A stretch of 64,000 bases of DNA from contig JBBRNJ010000007.1 of the NCBI GenBank assembly GCA_038230375.1, positions 1-64,000 on the forward strand, in the 5' to 3' direction. This DNA is from Polyangiales bacterium (GTDB taxonomy: Bacteria > Myxococcota_A > Polyangia > Polyangiales > Polyangiaceae). The notes beneath the pieces are model-generated. The model did not search any database and was not told the DNA's origin. It was given only the letters and a program-made list of their open reading frames with translations. This document shows, piece after piece, positions 45,325 through 54,551 of this stretch (the stretch's first letter is position 1; every line of letters begins with the position of its first letter). A program made the translations under genes and the position numbers.

Positions 45325-46593
45325 GTGGTCTCGATCGACGTTGCTCCTGAGAAGCTCGGCGCCTACCGCGTCCGCGGCAAGCTCGGCGAAGGCGGCATGG
45401 CCACGGTCTATGTGGGCAACGGGCCCGACGGCAGTCTCCGCGCGCTGAAGGTCATCAAGACCGCGTACGCGGAGAACCAGGAGTTCTGCACCATGTTCCT
45501 GGACGAGGGGAAGATCTCCTCGCGCCTCTCCCACGACAACATCGTGAAGATCTGGTCCCTCGGCAAGGAGGGGAACCGCCTGTTCATGGTGATGGACCTG
45601 ATGCGCGGGCACTCGCTCCACGCGCTCAGCTGGGCCGCCAAGGAGCGCGGCATGGTGATCGGCCCGCACATCGCCGCGTACATCGGCGGGTGCATGGCCT
45701 CGGCGCTACATCACGCACACGAGGCCAAGGACGAGTCGGGCCAGCCGCTGCAGATCATCCACCGCGACGTCAACCCCAGCAACGTGCTCGTGTCTTACGA
45801 CGGCGACGTGAAGATGATCGACTTCGGTCTGGCGAAGGCTGTGAACCGCTCGTCGCAGACGGCCGCGGGCATCCTGAAGGGGAAGATCGGGTACCTGTCG
45901 CCGGAGCAGGTGAGCGGGAAGCCGCTCGACCGTCGCTCGGACGTGTTCACGCTGGGGATCACGCTCTGGGAGGTCTCGCTCGGTCGTCGCCTCTTCAAGG
46001 CGGAGACCAAGGTGGAGTCCATCCGCCTCATCCACCAGGCCGAGGTGCTCGACCCGCGCGCGCTCGAGCCCGAGTTTCCGCCGCTGCTCGCGAACGTGAT
46101 CATGCGCTGCCTGGAGCGGGACCGCGACGATCGCTATCCCACCGCGAAGGAGACGGGCTGGGCGCTCCGCGAGTACCTGCGCATCGAGCGCCCCAGCATC
46201 GACATGAGGGCCGAGCTCGCCGCGCTCATGATGCGCGTCTTCGGCGAGGAGCGCGCGGAGCAGGACGCATGGCTCGAGAAGGTGGCCAACTCACGCAGCA
46301 CCGCGCCCATGAACACGCTGCGCCCGCCGGTCATGACCCGCGGCTCGTTCGAGTCGCTGCCGCCGCTGGCTGGAACGTCGGAGCCGCCGCCAATCTCGTC
46401 GCTGCGCGTGCCGCCGTCCTCGCAGGCGCCACTCTCGAATCCGCCGTCGTCCATCGAGCCCGTGGGTCCGACCGCGGCGAAGACCACCGCATCGTCACCA
46501 TCCAGAGCGGTCTGGATGGTGCTGTTCGTCATCGTGCTCGCAGGGACCGTGGCGGCGTTGGTGATGCTTGTTTTCCGCTGGCTCTGGGGCTGA
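45325..46593 (+). CDS. Ser/Thr kinase with a C-terminal TM anchor
   Basis: LGEGGMATVY, ALK, HRDVNPSN, DFG, GKIGYLSPE; ends in a TM helix. GTG 45325 is preceded by TATCCT-N6. Confidence 0.93.
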   Translation: MVSIDVAPEKLGAYRVRGKLGEGGMATVYVGNGPDGSLRALKVIKTAYAENQEFCTMFLDEGKISSRLSHDNIVKIWSLGKEGNRLFMVMDLMRGHSLHALSWAAKERGMVIGPHIAAYIGGCMASALHHAHEAKDESGQPLQIIHRDVNPSNVLVSYDGDVKMIDFGLAKAVNRSSQTAAGILKGKIGYLSPEQVSGKPLDRRSDVFTLGITLWEVSLGRRLFKAETKVESIRLIHQAEVLDPRALEPEFPPLLANVIMRCLERDRDDRYPTAKETGWALREYLRIERPSIDMRAELAALMMRVFGEERAEQDAWLEKVANSRSTAPMNTLRPPVMTRGSFESLPPLAGTSEPPPISSLRVPPSSQAPLSNPPSSIEPVGPTAAKTTASSPSRAVWMVLFVIVLAGTVAALVMLVFRWLWG

Positions 46594-47171
46594 GCGGCCT
46601 CACGCTGCCAAGCAACCTGTTCAGCTGACCTGACGCCAAAGGTTCCCGCGGATGATCACGGCGCCTTCGTCCAGATGAACACGATGGTGGTCTTCGGCGC
46701 TCCCGTCGTCTGGTACGAGATGCTGCCGGACGCGCAGGTCGGGGTGAGCACATAGTCCTCATTGCTCTTGATGACCGTTCCTCCCCCGCCTGTTCCTTCG
46801 TTCGTGTCGAACTCTGCCTGGTTCGCGTAGGGAGGAGTGCTGCACGTCTGGTTGTACGTGCCGGCAACCGTATCGAACGTGACCTCCGTGAACATCCCCG
46901 ACGGGCTCGTGCATCCGGTGCCCGCGATCTTGGCGCTGCTCGGGAGCGTGGCGCAAGACCCGCTCGGGCCGGACTCAGGCTGCGCATCCGCGATGCCGGC
47001 GTCGCTTGATGCATCCGCGCCGGAGGCGGAGCCACCTGAGCTGCTGGACGAGCACGCGGTGGCGAAGATCATTGTCGGAACCAAGAAGTGTCTGAGCATG
47101 CAACACGGTTAGCACGGTAGCTGCTCGCCGCGCTCATGATGCGCGGCGGCGACGAGCGCGCGGAGCAGGAC
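46215..47171 (+). repeat. Imperfect ~50-bp direct repeat (46215-46266 and 47123-47171)
   Basis: GCTCGCCGCGCTCATGATGCGCG-[TCTT|G]-CGGCGA-[G|C]-GAGCGCGCGGAGCAGGAC; first copy inside the kinase CDS, second intergenic. Confidence 0.9.
46656..47099 (-). CDS. Small lipoprotein
   Basis: Lipobox ATAC followed by an S/G/DA linker; four further Cys. Confidence 0.7.
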   Translation of the reverse strand: MLRHFLVPTMIFATACSSSSSGGSASGADASSDAGIADAQPESGPSGSCATLPSSAKIAGTGCTSPSGMFTEVTFDTVAGTYNQTCSTPPYANQAEFDTNEGTGGGGTVIKSNEDYVLTPTCASGSISYQTTGAPKTTIVFIWTKAP

Positions 47172-47494
47172 TATCCCTTGGGCGGCGGCGGCGGGTAGAG
47201 CCCGAGCTGCTTCTGGAAGTCGAGGCGATCCATGGTCATCCAGGTCTCGACGATCTTGCCGTCCTTCATCCGAAACGTGAACACCTGTTCGATGCTCACG
47301 TGCTTACCGGTCGCAGGCATGGGCGTCTTGAACTCGAGCATCCCGGTGTGCGTCCCGTCGAAGATGGCGCGAAGCACGACACGATCGCCCTCGGCAGTGA
47401 CGTCGACGATCTCGTGGATGTGTGTCGTGCGGAAGCGCTTGCCCGTCGCAGGCAGCGCGACCTTCACGAAATCCAGCGCGCCCTCATGGAACAT
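47171..47494 (-). CDS. SnoaL-like ester cyclase family protein (short, possibly N-truncated)
   Basis: AEGDRVVLR, GTHTG, PATGKHV, DGKIVETW, QLG. Confidence 0.75.
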   Translation of the reverse strand: MFHEGALDFVKVALPATGKRFRTTHIHEIVDVTAEGDRVVLRAIFDGTHTGMLEFKTPMPATGKHVSIEQVFTFRMKDGKIVETWMTMDRLDFQKQLGLYPPPPPKG

Positions 47495-47513
47495 CGTGCA
47501 AATCGGCGGAAAT

Positions 47514-50500
47514 TCAGCCGTCCTTGCCGGTCCACGCCGGGGCATAGCTGCAGAACGAGCCGGTTCGCACGGATGCGTCCAGGTACCTCCCGAGCGCGGG
47601 GCTCTGCGTCCGGACGCGCTCGATCGCATCGCGGATGCGCCGCTGCACGTTCACGCGCATGCGCTCCACGTCGGAGGCGGCCTTCCGATCGCGCCCACCA
47701 AGGCCCACCGCGCGCGCGAGCTCATCTCCCAGCGCCTCCATCTCGGCCCGTGCCTTCTCGGCGCGCCCGATGTCATTGTCGCGCGTGGCAAGATCGAGCG
47801 TCGCGCGAAGCTCGGTCGCGCGTTGGCGATAGCTGTCCTTCGCGGCTGCATCCAGTCGCGGGCCCGCGTCGCCGGTGGCAGCGTCGCCTGCGCCCGCGAG
47901 CTGCGCAACGTGAATCTCCTGATGCGGATGCGCGAGCAGCGTGGCCAGGTAGGAGAATCCCTTCGATGGCTTGAGGTGCCACTGCTCGTCCCCAGCGCGC
48001 AGCGTCCACATCTCTCCTTCCTGCATCAGCGCGATCTCGGGCGGGGCGGCAGCGGGGGCCAGGCGTGCGCGCGACGGCGGAGGAGAGGTCCCGACGTCCA
48101 GCTCCGCTCGCCTGGCCCTTGCTCGCTCCGCGAACGGCACAGCGCGGATCGACTCGCTGAAGGCGATCGCCTGATCGTAGTTGCGCCGCGCGTCGTCCTT
48201 GCGACCAAGCAGGGCGTCCATGTCGCCGAGCAGGAGTGACGTGGGGCCAAGCGTGCCGGCGCCCCCCGCCAGGTGGATGATCGGGCTCACGGCCCCGCCT
48301 TCCCCGGCGACGAAGTCGTAGAGGTCGCGGACGATCTCGCAATCCCCGACCAACGTCGCCGCATAGGCAGCCACGCCGCTCGCAGGAAGAGCGAAGACGC
48401 GCAGGAACCCCATGAACTCTCGCACGGCGCGTCCGACGCTGATGCGCGCCTCCGCCTTGTCGATCAAGCCGCAGGACGCGCGCAGCGCTGTGAAGCAGGC
48501 ACCAAAGGCGCGACCGCCCGGAAACGCGTTGAAGACCGAGTCCATGAGCTCGGCGTGAGCGTTCATGCGCGTGCCGTCTCGCCGGGCCATGTGAAGTGCC
48601 AGGTACCCGAATGCCAGGAGGAAGCGCGGGAGCGGCGTCTCGGCTGAGTCGGCGAGCAAGCGTGCCTCGGCAAGCGCCTGGTCCGCCTCCTCCCACGCGC
48701 CCGCGAGCGAGGCCCGCAGCGCGATCGCGAGCGGCAGTCGCACGCGGTAGTTCGCCTGTGGCATGCGGGCGACGAGCCGTCCCAGCTCACCGATCAAGCG
48801 GTCGCACTCTGCCAGATCGCCGAGCTCGATGGCGCTCCCGATCGCCCACGGCAGGCTCATCGCCGCGATCACGGGCCGGTCCAGCTCCATCGCCAGCGTC
48901 ACCGTCTCGCGAACGAGCACGCCTCGCTCCTCCGCTCCCACACGGAATGCAATGCCGCCCGACGCGAACTGCAGCGTATGAAGCATGGTGAGGCGATCCC
49001 CGCTTCGCCGCGCCATCGCGATGGCGTCGCGCGCGAGTTGCGTCGAAAAGGCTTCTCCCACGGGCACCGGAATCACCGCTGAGGACAGGCGCGCCATCAG
49101 ACGCGCGCGCGTCGGGGAGTCCTCGGGCCCCACCGCATCCAGTGCATCGCGAAGGAGCGTGACCATGCGCTCGTCGCGCCGACCGGTGACCAGTTCGCTG
49201 CCGTAGACCAGCGCCGCACGAACCATCAGTGGCTTGTCACCAAGGGCCTTGGCCAGCGCCGCTGCCTGCGCACACACCTCCCGCCCGCGTGGGCTCAGGC
49301 CAGACAGGAGGAGCGCCTCGCCGAGCTCGACCAGGACGGCGGCGGCCGTCGGCGTGTCCATCGCACCTCGCGACTCCAGCAGCGAGACCACCGCTTCGAG
49401 CAGCTCCGCCGCCTGCTCGAAGGCGACGCGCTCCACCGCCCTCTGGGCAGCGGCACGAACGCGAAGGACCGCGAGGTCAACATCACCGCCGTCGCGTGCG
49501 GCGTGGACCCCGTGGTGTGCGGCTTGCGCAAGCGCATCTGGATCACCAAGGGCCGCGCGGCGCGCGAGCAACTCCGCTGCGCGCGCATGGAGCTCGCCGC
49601 GACGCTTTGGCGGCAGCGCATTGTACAGCTCGTCGCGCAGCAAGATGTGACGGAACGCAACGCGATCACCTCCGCGCGGCTCCACCACGCCGAGCGCCGT
49701 CGCCTCCCGGAGCTCCGCGTCCACGCCAGCGGAGAGCTCCGCCAGCCTGGCGAGATCCGCATGCGAGGCCTCGCGGCCCAGCACCGACGCGACCTCGAGC
49801 ACGCCACGCGCAGCGCTGGAGAGCCGTCCGAGATGCTCACCGATGGCCACGCGGACCGCGTCCGACGACGAGACGTTCCACGCGCCGTCCTGCGGCATCT
49901 CCAGGAGCTCCTGCACGAAGAGCGGGTTTCCTTCCGTTGCTCGATGGACCTTCGCCGCTGCGCTGTCAGGATGACCTGCTGCGCGAAGCCAGGTGGCAAC
50001 GTCGGTCTCTTCCAGCCTGCGAAGCGCAAACGTCTCACCGTCGCGCGCGATCTTGCCGAGAAGGTCGCCGATCTCCGGACGGATGCGCGCCTCGATTTCG
50101 CGATGGGTGACCACGAGCATGATCTTCGAGGAACGAAGCCCACGCGCAACGAACTGAAGCAGCAAGAGCGACGGCATGTCGGCGACGTGCGCATCATCCA
50201 GGATGATCACGAGCGGTGTCGTCGCGGCCTCGCGCGCAAGGAGCCCCGCGACGGCGTCGAATACCTTGAACCGAGCTTGCTCTGCGTCGGCCGGCGATGC
50301 GGATGTACCGAGCTCCGGAGCTGCGTCGCTCACGCCGAGCGTGCGCGTTACCTGCGTCCACGGCCAGAAGGCAGGCGCGCCGCCCGCCTCCCAGCAGCGC
50401 CCCCACACGACGCGCATGCCGGCTCCGGTAGCGAGCGATGCAAGCTCGTCGGCGAGGCGCGTCTTGCCGATGCCAGGCTCTCCGACCACACGCACGAGTC

Positions 50501-50588
50501 GTCCATCGCCAGCGCGAACACCTTCCAGCGCCGCACCGAGCCTTCGCAGCTCCGTCTCGCGGCCAATGAAAACACTCTCGCGCCCCAC
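47514..50588 (-). CDS. STAND (MalT/AAA_16-like) ATPase with TPR-like helices and a C-terminal putative DNA-binding domain
   Basis: FIGRETEL, Walker A GEPGIGKT, Walker B IILDDAH, TEGNPLF, FRHILLRD; C-terminal GFSYLATLLAHP...ERMRVNVQRRIR...VRTGSFCSY. Confidence 0.88.
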   Translation of the reverse strand: MGRESVFIGRETELRRLGAALEGVRAGDGRLVRVVGEPGIGKTRLADELASLATGAGMRVVWGRCWEAGGAPAFWPWTQVTRTLGVSDAAPELGTSASPADAEQARFKVFDAVAGLLAREAATTPLVIILDDAHVADMPSLLLLQFVARGLRSSKIMLVVTHREIEARIRPEIGDLLGKIARDGETFALRRLEETDVATWLRAAGHPDSAAAKVHRATEGNPLFVQELLEMPQDGAWNVSSSDAVRVAIGEHLGRLSSAARGVLEVASVLGREASHADLARLAELSAGVDAELREATALGVVEPRGGDRVAFRHILLRDELYNALPPKRRGELHARAAELLARRAALGDPDALAQAAHHGVHAARDGGDVDLAVLRVRAAAQRAVERVAFEQAAELLEAVVSLLESRGAMDTPTAAAVLVELGEALLLSGLSPRGREVCAQAAALAKALGDKPLMVRAALVYGSELVTGRRDERMVTLLRDALDAVGPEDSPTRARLMARLSSAVIPVPVGEAFSTQLARDAIAMARRSGDRLTMLHTLQFASGGIAFRVGAEERGVLVRETVTLAMELDRPVIAAMSLPWAIGSAIELGDLAECDRLIGELGRLVARMPQANYRVRLPLAIALRASLAGAWEEADQALAEARLLADSAETPLPRFLLAFGYLALHMARRDGTRMNAHAELMDSVFNAFPGGRAFGACFTALRASCGLIDKAEARISVGRAVREFMGFLRVFALPASGVAAYAATLVGDCEIVRDLYDFVAGEGGAVSPIIHLAGGAGTLGPTSLLLGDMDALLGRKDDARRNYDQAIAFSESIRAVPFAERARARRAELDVGTSPPPSRARLAPAAAPPEIALMQEGEMWTLRAGDEQWHLKPSKGFSYLATLLAHPHQEIHVAQLAGAGDAATGDAGPRLDAAAKDSYRQRATELRATLDLATRDNDIGRAEKARAEMEALGDELARAVGLGGRDRKAASDVERMRVNVQRRIRDAIERVRTQSPALGRYLDASVRTGSFCSYAPAWTGKDG

Positions 50589-50651
50589 GCGGGCATCATA
50601 CCCGCATGGTGGATCTCGCTACCGCTTCTTCTTGGCGCCCCGTGCTTGCGG

Positions 50652-51059
50652 TCACGCCTTCGTCTGGTTGTGCCCGCGCTTGCCTTGCGCAAACTCGACG
50701 GAGTAGCCGTCGGGATCAAGGGCGGTCATGGACCGCTCCCACGGCTCGTCATGCGGCGGCTGGTGAAATGAGACGCCCTTCGCCTTGAGCGCTTCATGGA
50801 GGCCATCGAGATCGTCCGTCGTGAACTCCACGTGCACGCCCCGCTTTTGCGCGGCGCTCGCGTCTTCGACGCCTTCTTTCCTTGCTTCGGCGAGAGCGAG
50901 AAGGCCGATGGTGCCAGCGCCCACGCGGATCATCGCGAAGGCCGGCAGGGCGTTCCATTCGACCTTGAGGCCGAGCTTTCCGCTGTAGAACTCGATTGAT
51001 CGCTCCACGCTCTCCACGGTCAGCGTCAGGCCCTCAAAGCGCATCGCGTCGTTGGTCAT
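50652..51059 (-). CDS. VOC/glyoxalase family protein
   Basis: LTVESVERSIEFYSGKLG, EPWER, DPDGYSVEF. Confidence 0.92.
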   Translation of the reverse strand: MTNDAMRFEGLTLTVESVERSIEFYSGKLGLKVEWNALPAFAMIRVGAGTIGLLALAEARKEGVEDASAAQKRGVHVEFTTDDLDGLHEALKAKGVSFHQPPHDEPWERSMTALDPDGYSVEFAQGKRGHNQTKA

Positions 51060-51135
51060 CTGGCGATCTCCTGCGCGAGAAGTACTCCCGCGTCACCGGA
51101 TGCGCAACGACCTGCGTGGGCCGGATGTGCACGTC

Positions 51136-52353
51136 TCAGGGCGCGGGCGGCGCAGTGGCGACGACGAGGTACGGGATGACGGTGGCGTCGGCCGAGTGCG
51201 AGTTGCCGATCGCGATGTAGTGGCATCCGCCGTACGCAACGGCGAGCGGGAACACCCCGCGATCTGCCTTTACCGCCAGGCCGGTCTTCTCGTCCCCGAA
51301 CTCGGACCAGACCGCGCCGTCGAGCGACATGCCGAACTGGCTCGTCCCCTTCTGGTAATCGATCGATTGCGCGATGAATCGGCCGCCGCCGAAGGTGGAC
51401 CTGGCGCCCGTTGTCGCGCCGATGCTCGTGCCGGACAGTGGCTCGTTCGTCCACGTCGTGCCGTCGGTGCTCTTCTTGCCCGGCATGCCCGCGGTGGGGC
51501 TTCGAGCATGGAACGCGCCGCGGCCGAATGAGAGGTTCGTGGGGATGGGGGTGGAGATCGTCGTCCAGGTGGCGCCGTCGGTGCTGGTGAACGGCCCGAG
51601 CGCCACGTTGGTCGTGGTGACAAAGCGACCACCGCCGAAGACGAGGTCGAGATAGGCGAAGCCGTTGCTCCCAGCAGGCAAACGCGGCGTCCACGTGACA
51701 AGGTCGGGCGACGAGAACATCGTACCGTTCGCGCCAACGAAGACAGCGACGTTGCCGCTCGAAGCGAGTTGCTGGACGTTCTCGCCGGCACCGGAGATCT
51801 TGTTCGAGGTCCACGTCAGGGCGTCGGTGCTGGAATACGCGAACGTCCCGACCTGGTCGTGGATCCCGATGAAGACGAAGCGCTTGCCGTCATAGATCAT
51901 CTGGACCGTGTTGAGGAGCTTGATCCCAGGCAGCGCCTGCGTGTGCGGCGTCCAGGTGGTGCCGTCCGTGCTCGTAGCCCACGTGAGGCTGTCGCGTCGG
52001 GAGGTTTGCGCCATGAGCACCCACATGGCGTTGCCGTACGCGATCCCGGACACGCCCAGGATCTTCGGTCCAAGGGCGTCCATCTCCGGATTGCCCGTCC
52101 AGTCGGCGACCGCAGGGCTCTTGAACGTCCACGTCGGGACGCCAGTGAGCGGATCGCAGGTCGGCTCCACACCCGGTGCACCGCCCTCGCCGGTGGGCGT
52201 GCCGCCGCCATCCCCTCCACCGCCTCCACCGCCTCCACCGCCTCCGCCGCCTCCGCCGCCGACACTGGATCCACCAGACGACCCACCGCATGCGAAGATC
52301 GCGGCTGCAACGGCCAGCGAGAGCCCGAGAATTCCAGCCGATTTAAAGCTCAT
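51136..52353 (-). CDS. Lipoprotein with a poly-Gly linker and BNR-like/beta-propeller repeats
   Basis: IFAC lipobox; (CCTCCRCCG)n poly-Gly; repeated S-[TP]-D-G-x-T-W-T and YG.G.(F/W)V motifs. Confidence 0.8.
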   Translation of the reverse strand: MSFKSAGILGLSLAVAAAIFACGGSSGGSSVGGGGGGGGGGGGGGGGDGGGTPTGEGGAPGVEPTCDPLTGVPTWTFKSPAVADWTGNPEMDALGPKILGVSGIAYGNAMWVLMAQTSRRDSLTWATSTDGTTWTPHTQALPGIKLLNTVQMIYDGKRFVFIGIHDQVGTFAYSSTDALTWTSNKISGAGENVQQLASSGNVAVFVGANGTMFSSPDLVTWTPRLPAGSNGFAYLDLVFGGGRFVTTTNVALGPFTSTDGATWTTISTPIPTNLSFGRGAFHARSPTAGMPGKKSTDGTTWTNEPLSGTSIGATTGARSTFGGGRFIAQSIDYQKGTSQFGMSLDGAVWSEFGDEKTGLAVKADRGVFPLAVAYGGCHYIAIGNSHSADATVIPYLVVATAPPAP

Positions 52354-52424
52354 CCGCAGCCATGCCACGGATCGGATCGCGCGTCAATTCGGGCGCGTGC
52401 ATCGTCGCTGCAGGACGCATCTGG

Positions 52425-52856
52425 CTACCGCTTCTTCGTCGCGGCCTTCTTCGTCGCGCGAGCCGGTGGCTTCTTCGCCGATGGAGTCGCCTCCAGGCTC
52501 GCCACGAGCTTCTTCGGTGCCTGCGCACGGTAGCTCTCCTCGATCCACGCCTTCAGCATGTCCACGGGGATCTCGTCGCCCGGCGCGAACTGCGCGGAGA
52601 CCCAGCCGCTCTTCCCGAGCCCATAGGCGGTCGGCGTGCAGAACGGAAGCATGAGTGCCGCGCTGCATGAAGCAGGCAGCTTGCAGCTGATGCTGAACGG
52701 GTCACCCTCGATGCTGAGGTAGGCGAACGTCTTGTCCTTCACCGCAAGATCCATGTGGCCCGGCCACGGGCTCTTCAGGTGCGCGCCGGGATAGTGGAGC
52801 CCCATGCTGCGCAGCTCCTTCAGGATCGCGTCTGTGGATTGCTTCTTCTTCGCCAT
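52425..52856 (-). CDS. MmcQ/YjbR family protein
   Basis: PWPGH...VKDKTFA, PTAYGLGKSGWVS, WIEESYRAQAPKK; SD GAGGAGG. Confidence 0.85.
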   Translation of the reverse strand: MAKKKQSTDAILKELRSMGLHYPGAHLKSPWPGHMDLAVKDKTFAYLSIEGDPFSISCKLPASCSAALMLPFCTPTAYGLGKSGWVSAQFAPGDEIPVDMLKAWIEESYRAQAPKKLVASLEATPSAKKPPARATKKAATKKR

Positions 52857-52858
52857 CG

Positions 52859-53572
52859 CTACCTCCTCACGAAACGCCCTTGCCGCCAGACGAACGTACC
52901 TCGGTTCGCGCACGCGCGCTTGATCAGGGTCTCGTCGAACCTGTCCCAGACGGAGAGTGGATCGCTCGAAGGAGGGTGCGGTCGCGTCGCGCTGCAGCTC
53001 ACACCGCCTTGCCTGTCGCGAAGCACCGCGGACATCCCCGTCGCGTCGAGCTCGAGCTCGAGATCGAGTATGTTGGGCCAGCTGGCGTCTTCCTTGTCGA
53101 GCTGCGCGACAATGTAGACCACGTCGAGCACGGCGACCGGGCGCTTCTGGCGAACGACCCACACCTTCCTGTGACCCAGGATCCGGTAGACCATGCTGGG
53201 CCCCCGACCCTGCTCCACGCCCTCGGTCGCTTCGCAGACCAGCGCGTTCTCTCTGGGCTCACCGACCTCGCGCTGCGCGCAGCCGCCGACGCTGTAGAAC
53301 GGCTCGAGCTGCGCATCGCTCACGCCGCGAGCCTTCATCCAAAGGGGGGCCTCGACCAGGCTCTCCGCAGGCGGCTTCTCGTCGAGAAATGGAAGGGCGA
53401 GCTGCGGCCCCGCATCTGGTGTGACGATCACGCCTGCATCGAGCGGCGCGCGTACAGCTCCGTCCACGGTGGCGGGAGCCTCCGCATTCGCGGGAACGGA
53501 CTGGACCACGGGGGCCGTGCTCGATCCCGGCGGCGTCGCCGTGCGGCAACCAGCGAGGCAGAGGACGAGCAA
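52859..53572 (-). CDS. Hypothetical lipoprotein
   Basis: LCLAGC lipobox, P/A/D linker, Cys-containing C-terminal region; TTG start uncertain. Confidence 0.55.
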   Translation of the reverse strand: MLVLCLAGCRTATPPGSSTAPVVQSVPANAEAPATVDGAVRAPLDAGVIVTPDAGPQLALPFLDEKPPAESLVEAPLWMKARGVSDAQLEPFYSVGGCAQREVGEPRENALVCEATEGVEQGRGPSMVYRILGHRKVWVVRQKRPVAVLDVVYIVAQLDKEDASWPNILDLELELDATGMSAVLRDRQGGVSCSATRPHPPSSDPLSVWDRFDETLIKRACANRGTFVWRQGRFVRR

Positions 53573-53582
53573 GAGGACGCGG

Positions 53583-54533
53583 TCAGGGGTCTGCCTGATC
53601 TCCCACCTCCGGTACTCGCTGCGAGAACGGAATGTCTGGCTCCACGAAGCACCACTTCACCTCGGGGCAATTCTTCCGCAGCTTGGCCTCGAAGCGATTG
53701 ATCGTGAGGCACACGTCCTCGATCACCATCGAGTCCGAGAACGACACCTTCACGGACACCATCACCTCGCCCGGGCCCTGCTGCACAGTCACCAGGTTGA
53801 GGACGCGCTCCAGCTCCGGCATCTCTTCCGCGATCCTCCGCACCTCGGCGTCGATCTCCGGATCTGCCGACTCTCCGATGAGCAGGCTGGAGACCTCCTT
53901 CGCGAGGAAGATCGCCACGCCCACGAGCACCAGCCCGATGAGCACGCTGCCGATACCGTCCCACCGGCCGTCGCCCGTCTGCCACGAGAGCACCAGCGCC
54001 ATGATCGCGAAGAAGAGCCCGAGCACCGCCGCGGAGTTCTCTCCGAACACCACGATGAGGTCCGAGTCCTTCGTCTCCTTCATGTAGCGAAAGAAGGGCA
54101 CCTTCCCGCGGCGCTTGTTCATCTCCTTGATGTTGGAGAGACACGCGCTGCCCTCGAGCACCATGGAGATGCCAAGGATGATGAGCCCGAGCCACACGCG
54201 CTCCACGTGCTCGGGCTCGCGGATCTTGTGGATGCCCTCGTAGACGGAGAACACGCCGCCGCCCAGGAACAGCATGAGCGCGACCAGGAACGACCAGAAG
54301 TAAATCGCGCGGCCGTAGCCCAGCGGGTGCGACTTGTCCGGCGGCTTCCTGGCCTGGTGTACGCCGATGAGCAGCAGGATCTGGTTGCCGCAATCGGAGA
54401 ACGAATGCAGCGCCTCTGCCAGCATGGCGCCGGAGTGCGTGAAGAACGCGGCGATCGCCTTGGTCGCGGCAATGATGACGTTCACGGCGAGTGACTGCAG
54501 GATGTGTGCAGTCGAGTGTTCTTCTTTGCTCAT
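53583..54533 (-). CDS. Cation diffusion facilitator (CDF) transporter
   Basis: AMLAEALHSFSDCGNQ, HPLGYGR, ENSAA, WDGIGS, LLIGESA, C-terminal dimerisation domain ending FVEPD. Confidence 0.93.
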   Translation of the reverse strand: MSKEEHSTAHILQSLAVNVIIAATKAIAAFFTHSGAMLAEALHSFSDCGNQILLLIGVHQARKPPDKSHPLGYGRAIYFWSFLVALMLFLGGGVFSVYEGIHKIREPEHVERVWLGLIILGISMVLEGSACLSNIKEMNKRRGKVPFFRYMKETKDSDLIVVFGENSAAVLGLFFAIMALVLSWQTGDGRWDGIGSVLIGLVLVGVAIFLAKEVSSLLIGESADPEIDAEVRRIAEEMPELERVLNLVTVQQGPGEVMVSVKVSFSDSMVIEDVCLTINRFEAKLRKNCPEVKWCFVEPDIPFSQRVPEVGDQADP

Positions 54534-54551
54534 GTCCCTGTGGCTTGCGCC

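Larger units (their letters stand above)
50613..52437 (+). repeat. Direct repeat of the MmcQ/YjbR gene 3' end (50613-50631 and 52419-52437)
   Basis: ATCT[C|G]GCTACCGCTTCTTC, 18/19 identical; reads ...KKR-stop on the minus strand in both copies. Confidence 0.7.

Noticed and set aside
47514..50588. Anti-phage Avs/NLR-like defence system
   Set aside because: No effector domain or defence neighbours are visible; the architecture fits a transcriptional regulator better.
52200..52262. 9-bp tandem repeats as a phase-variation locus (also poly-Gly at about 17400-17460)
   Set aside because: The unit is a multiple of three and encodes a Gly linker, so slippage would not switch frame.
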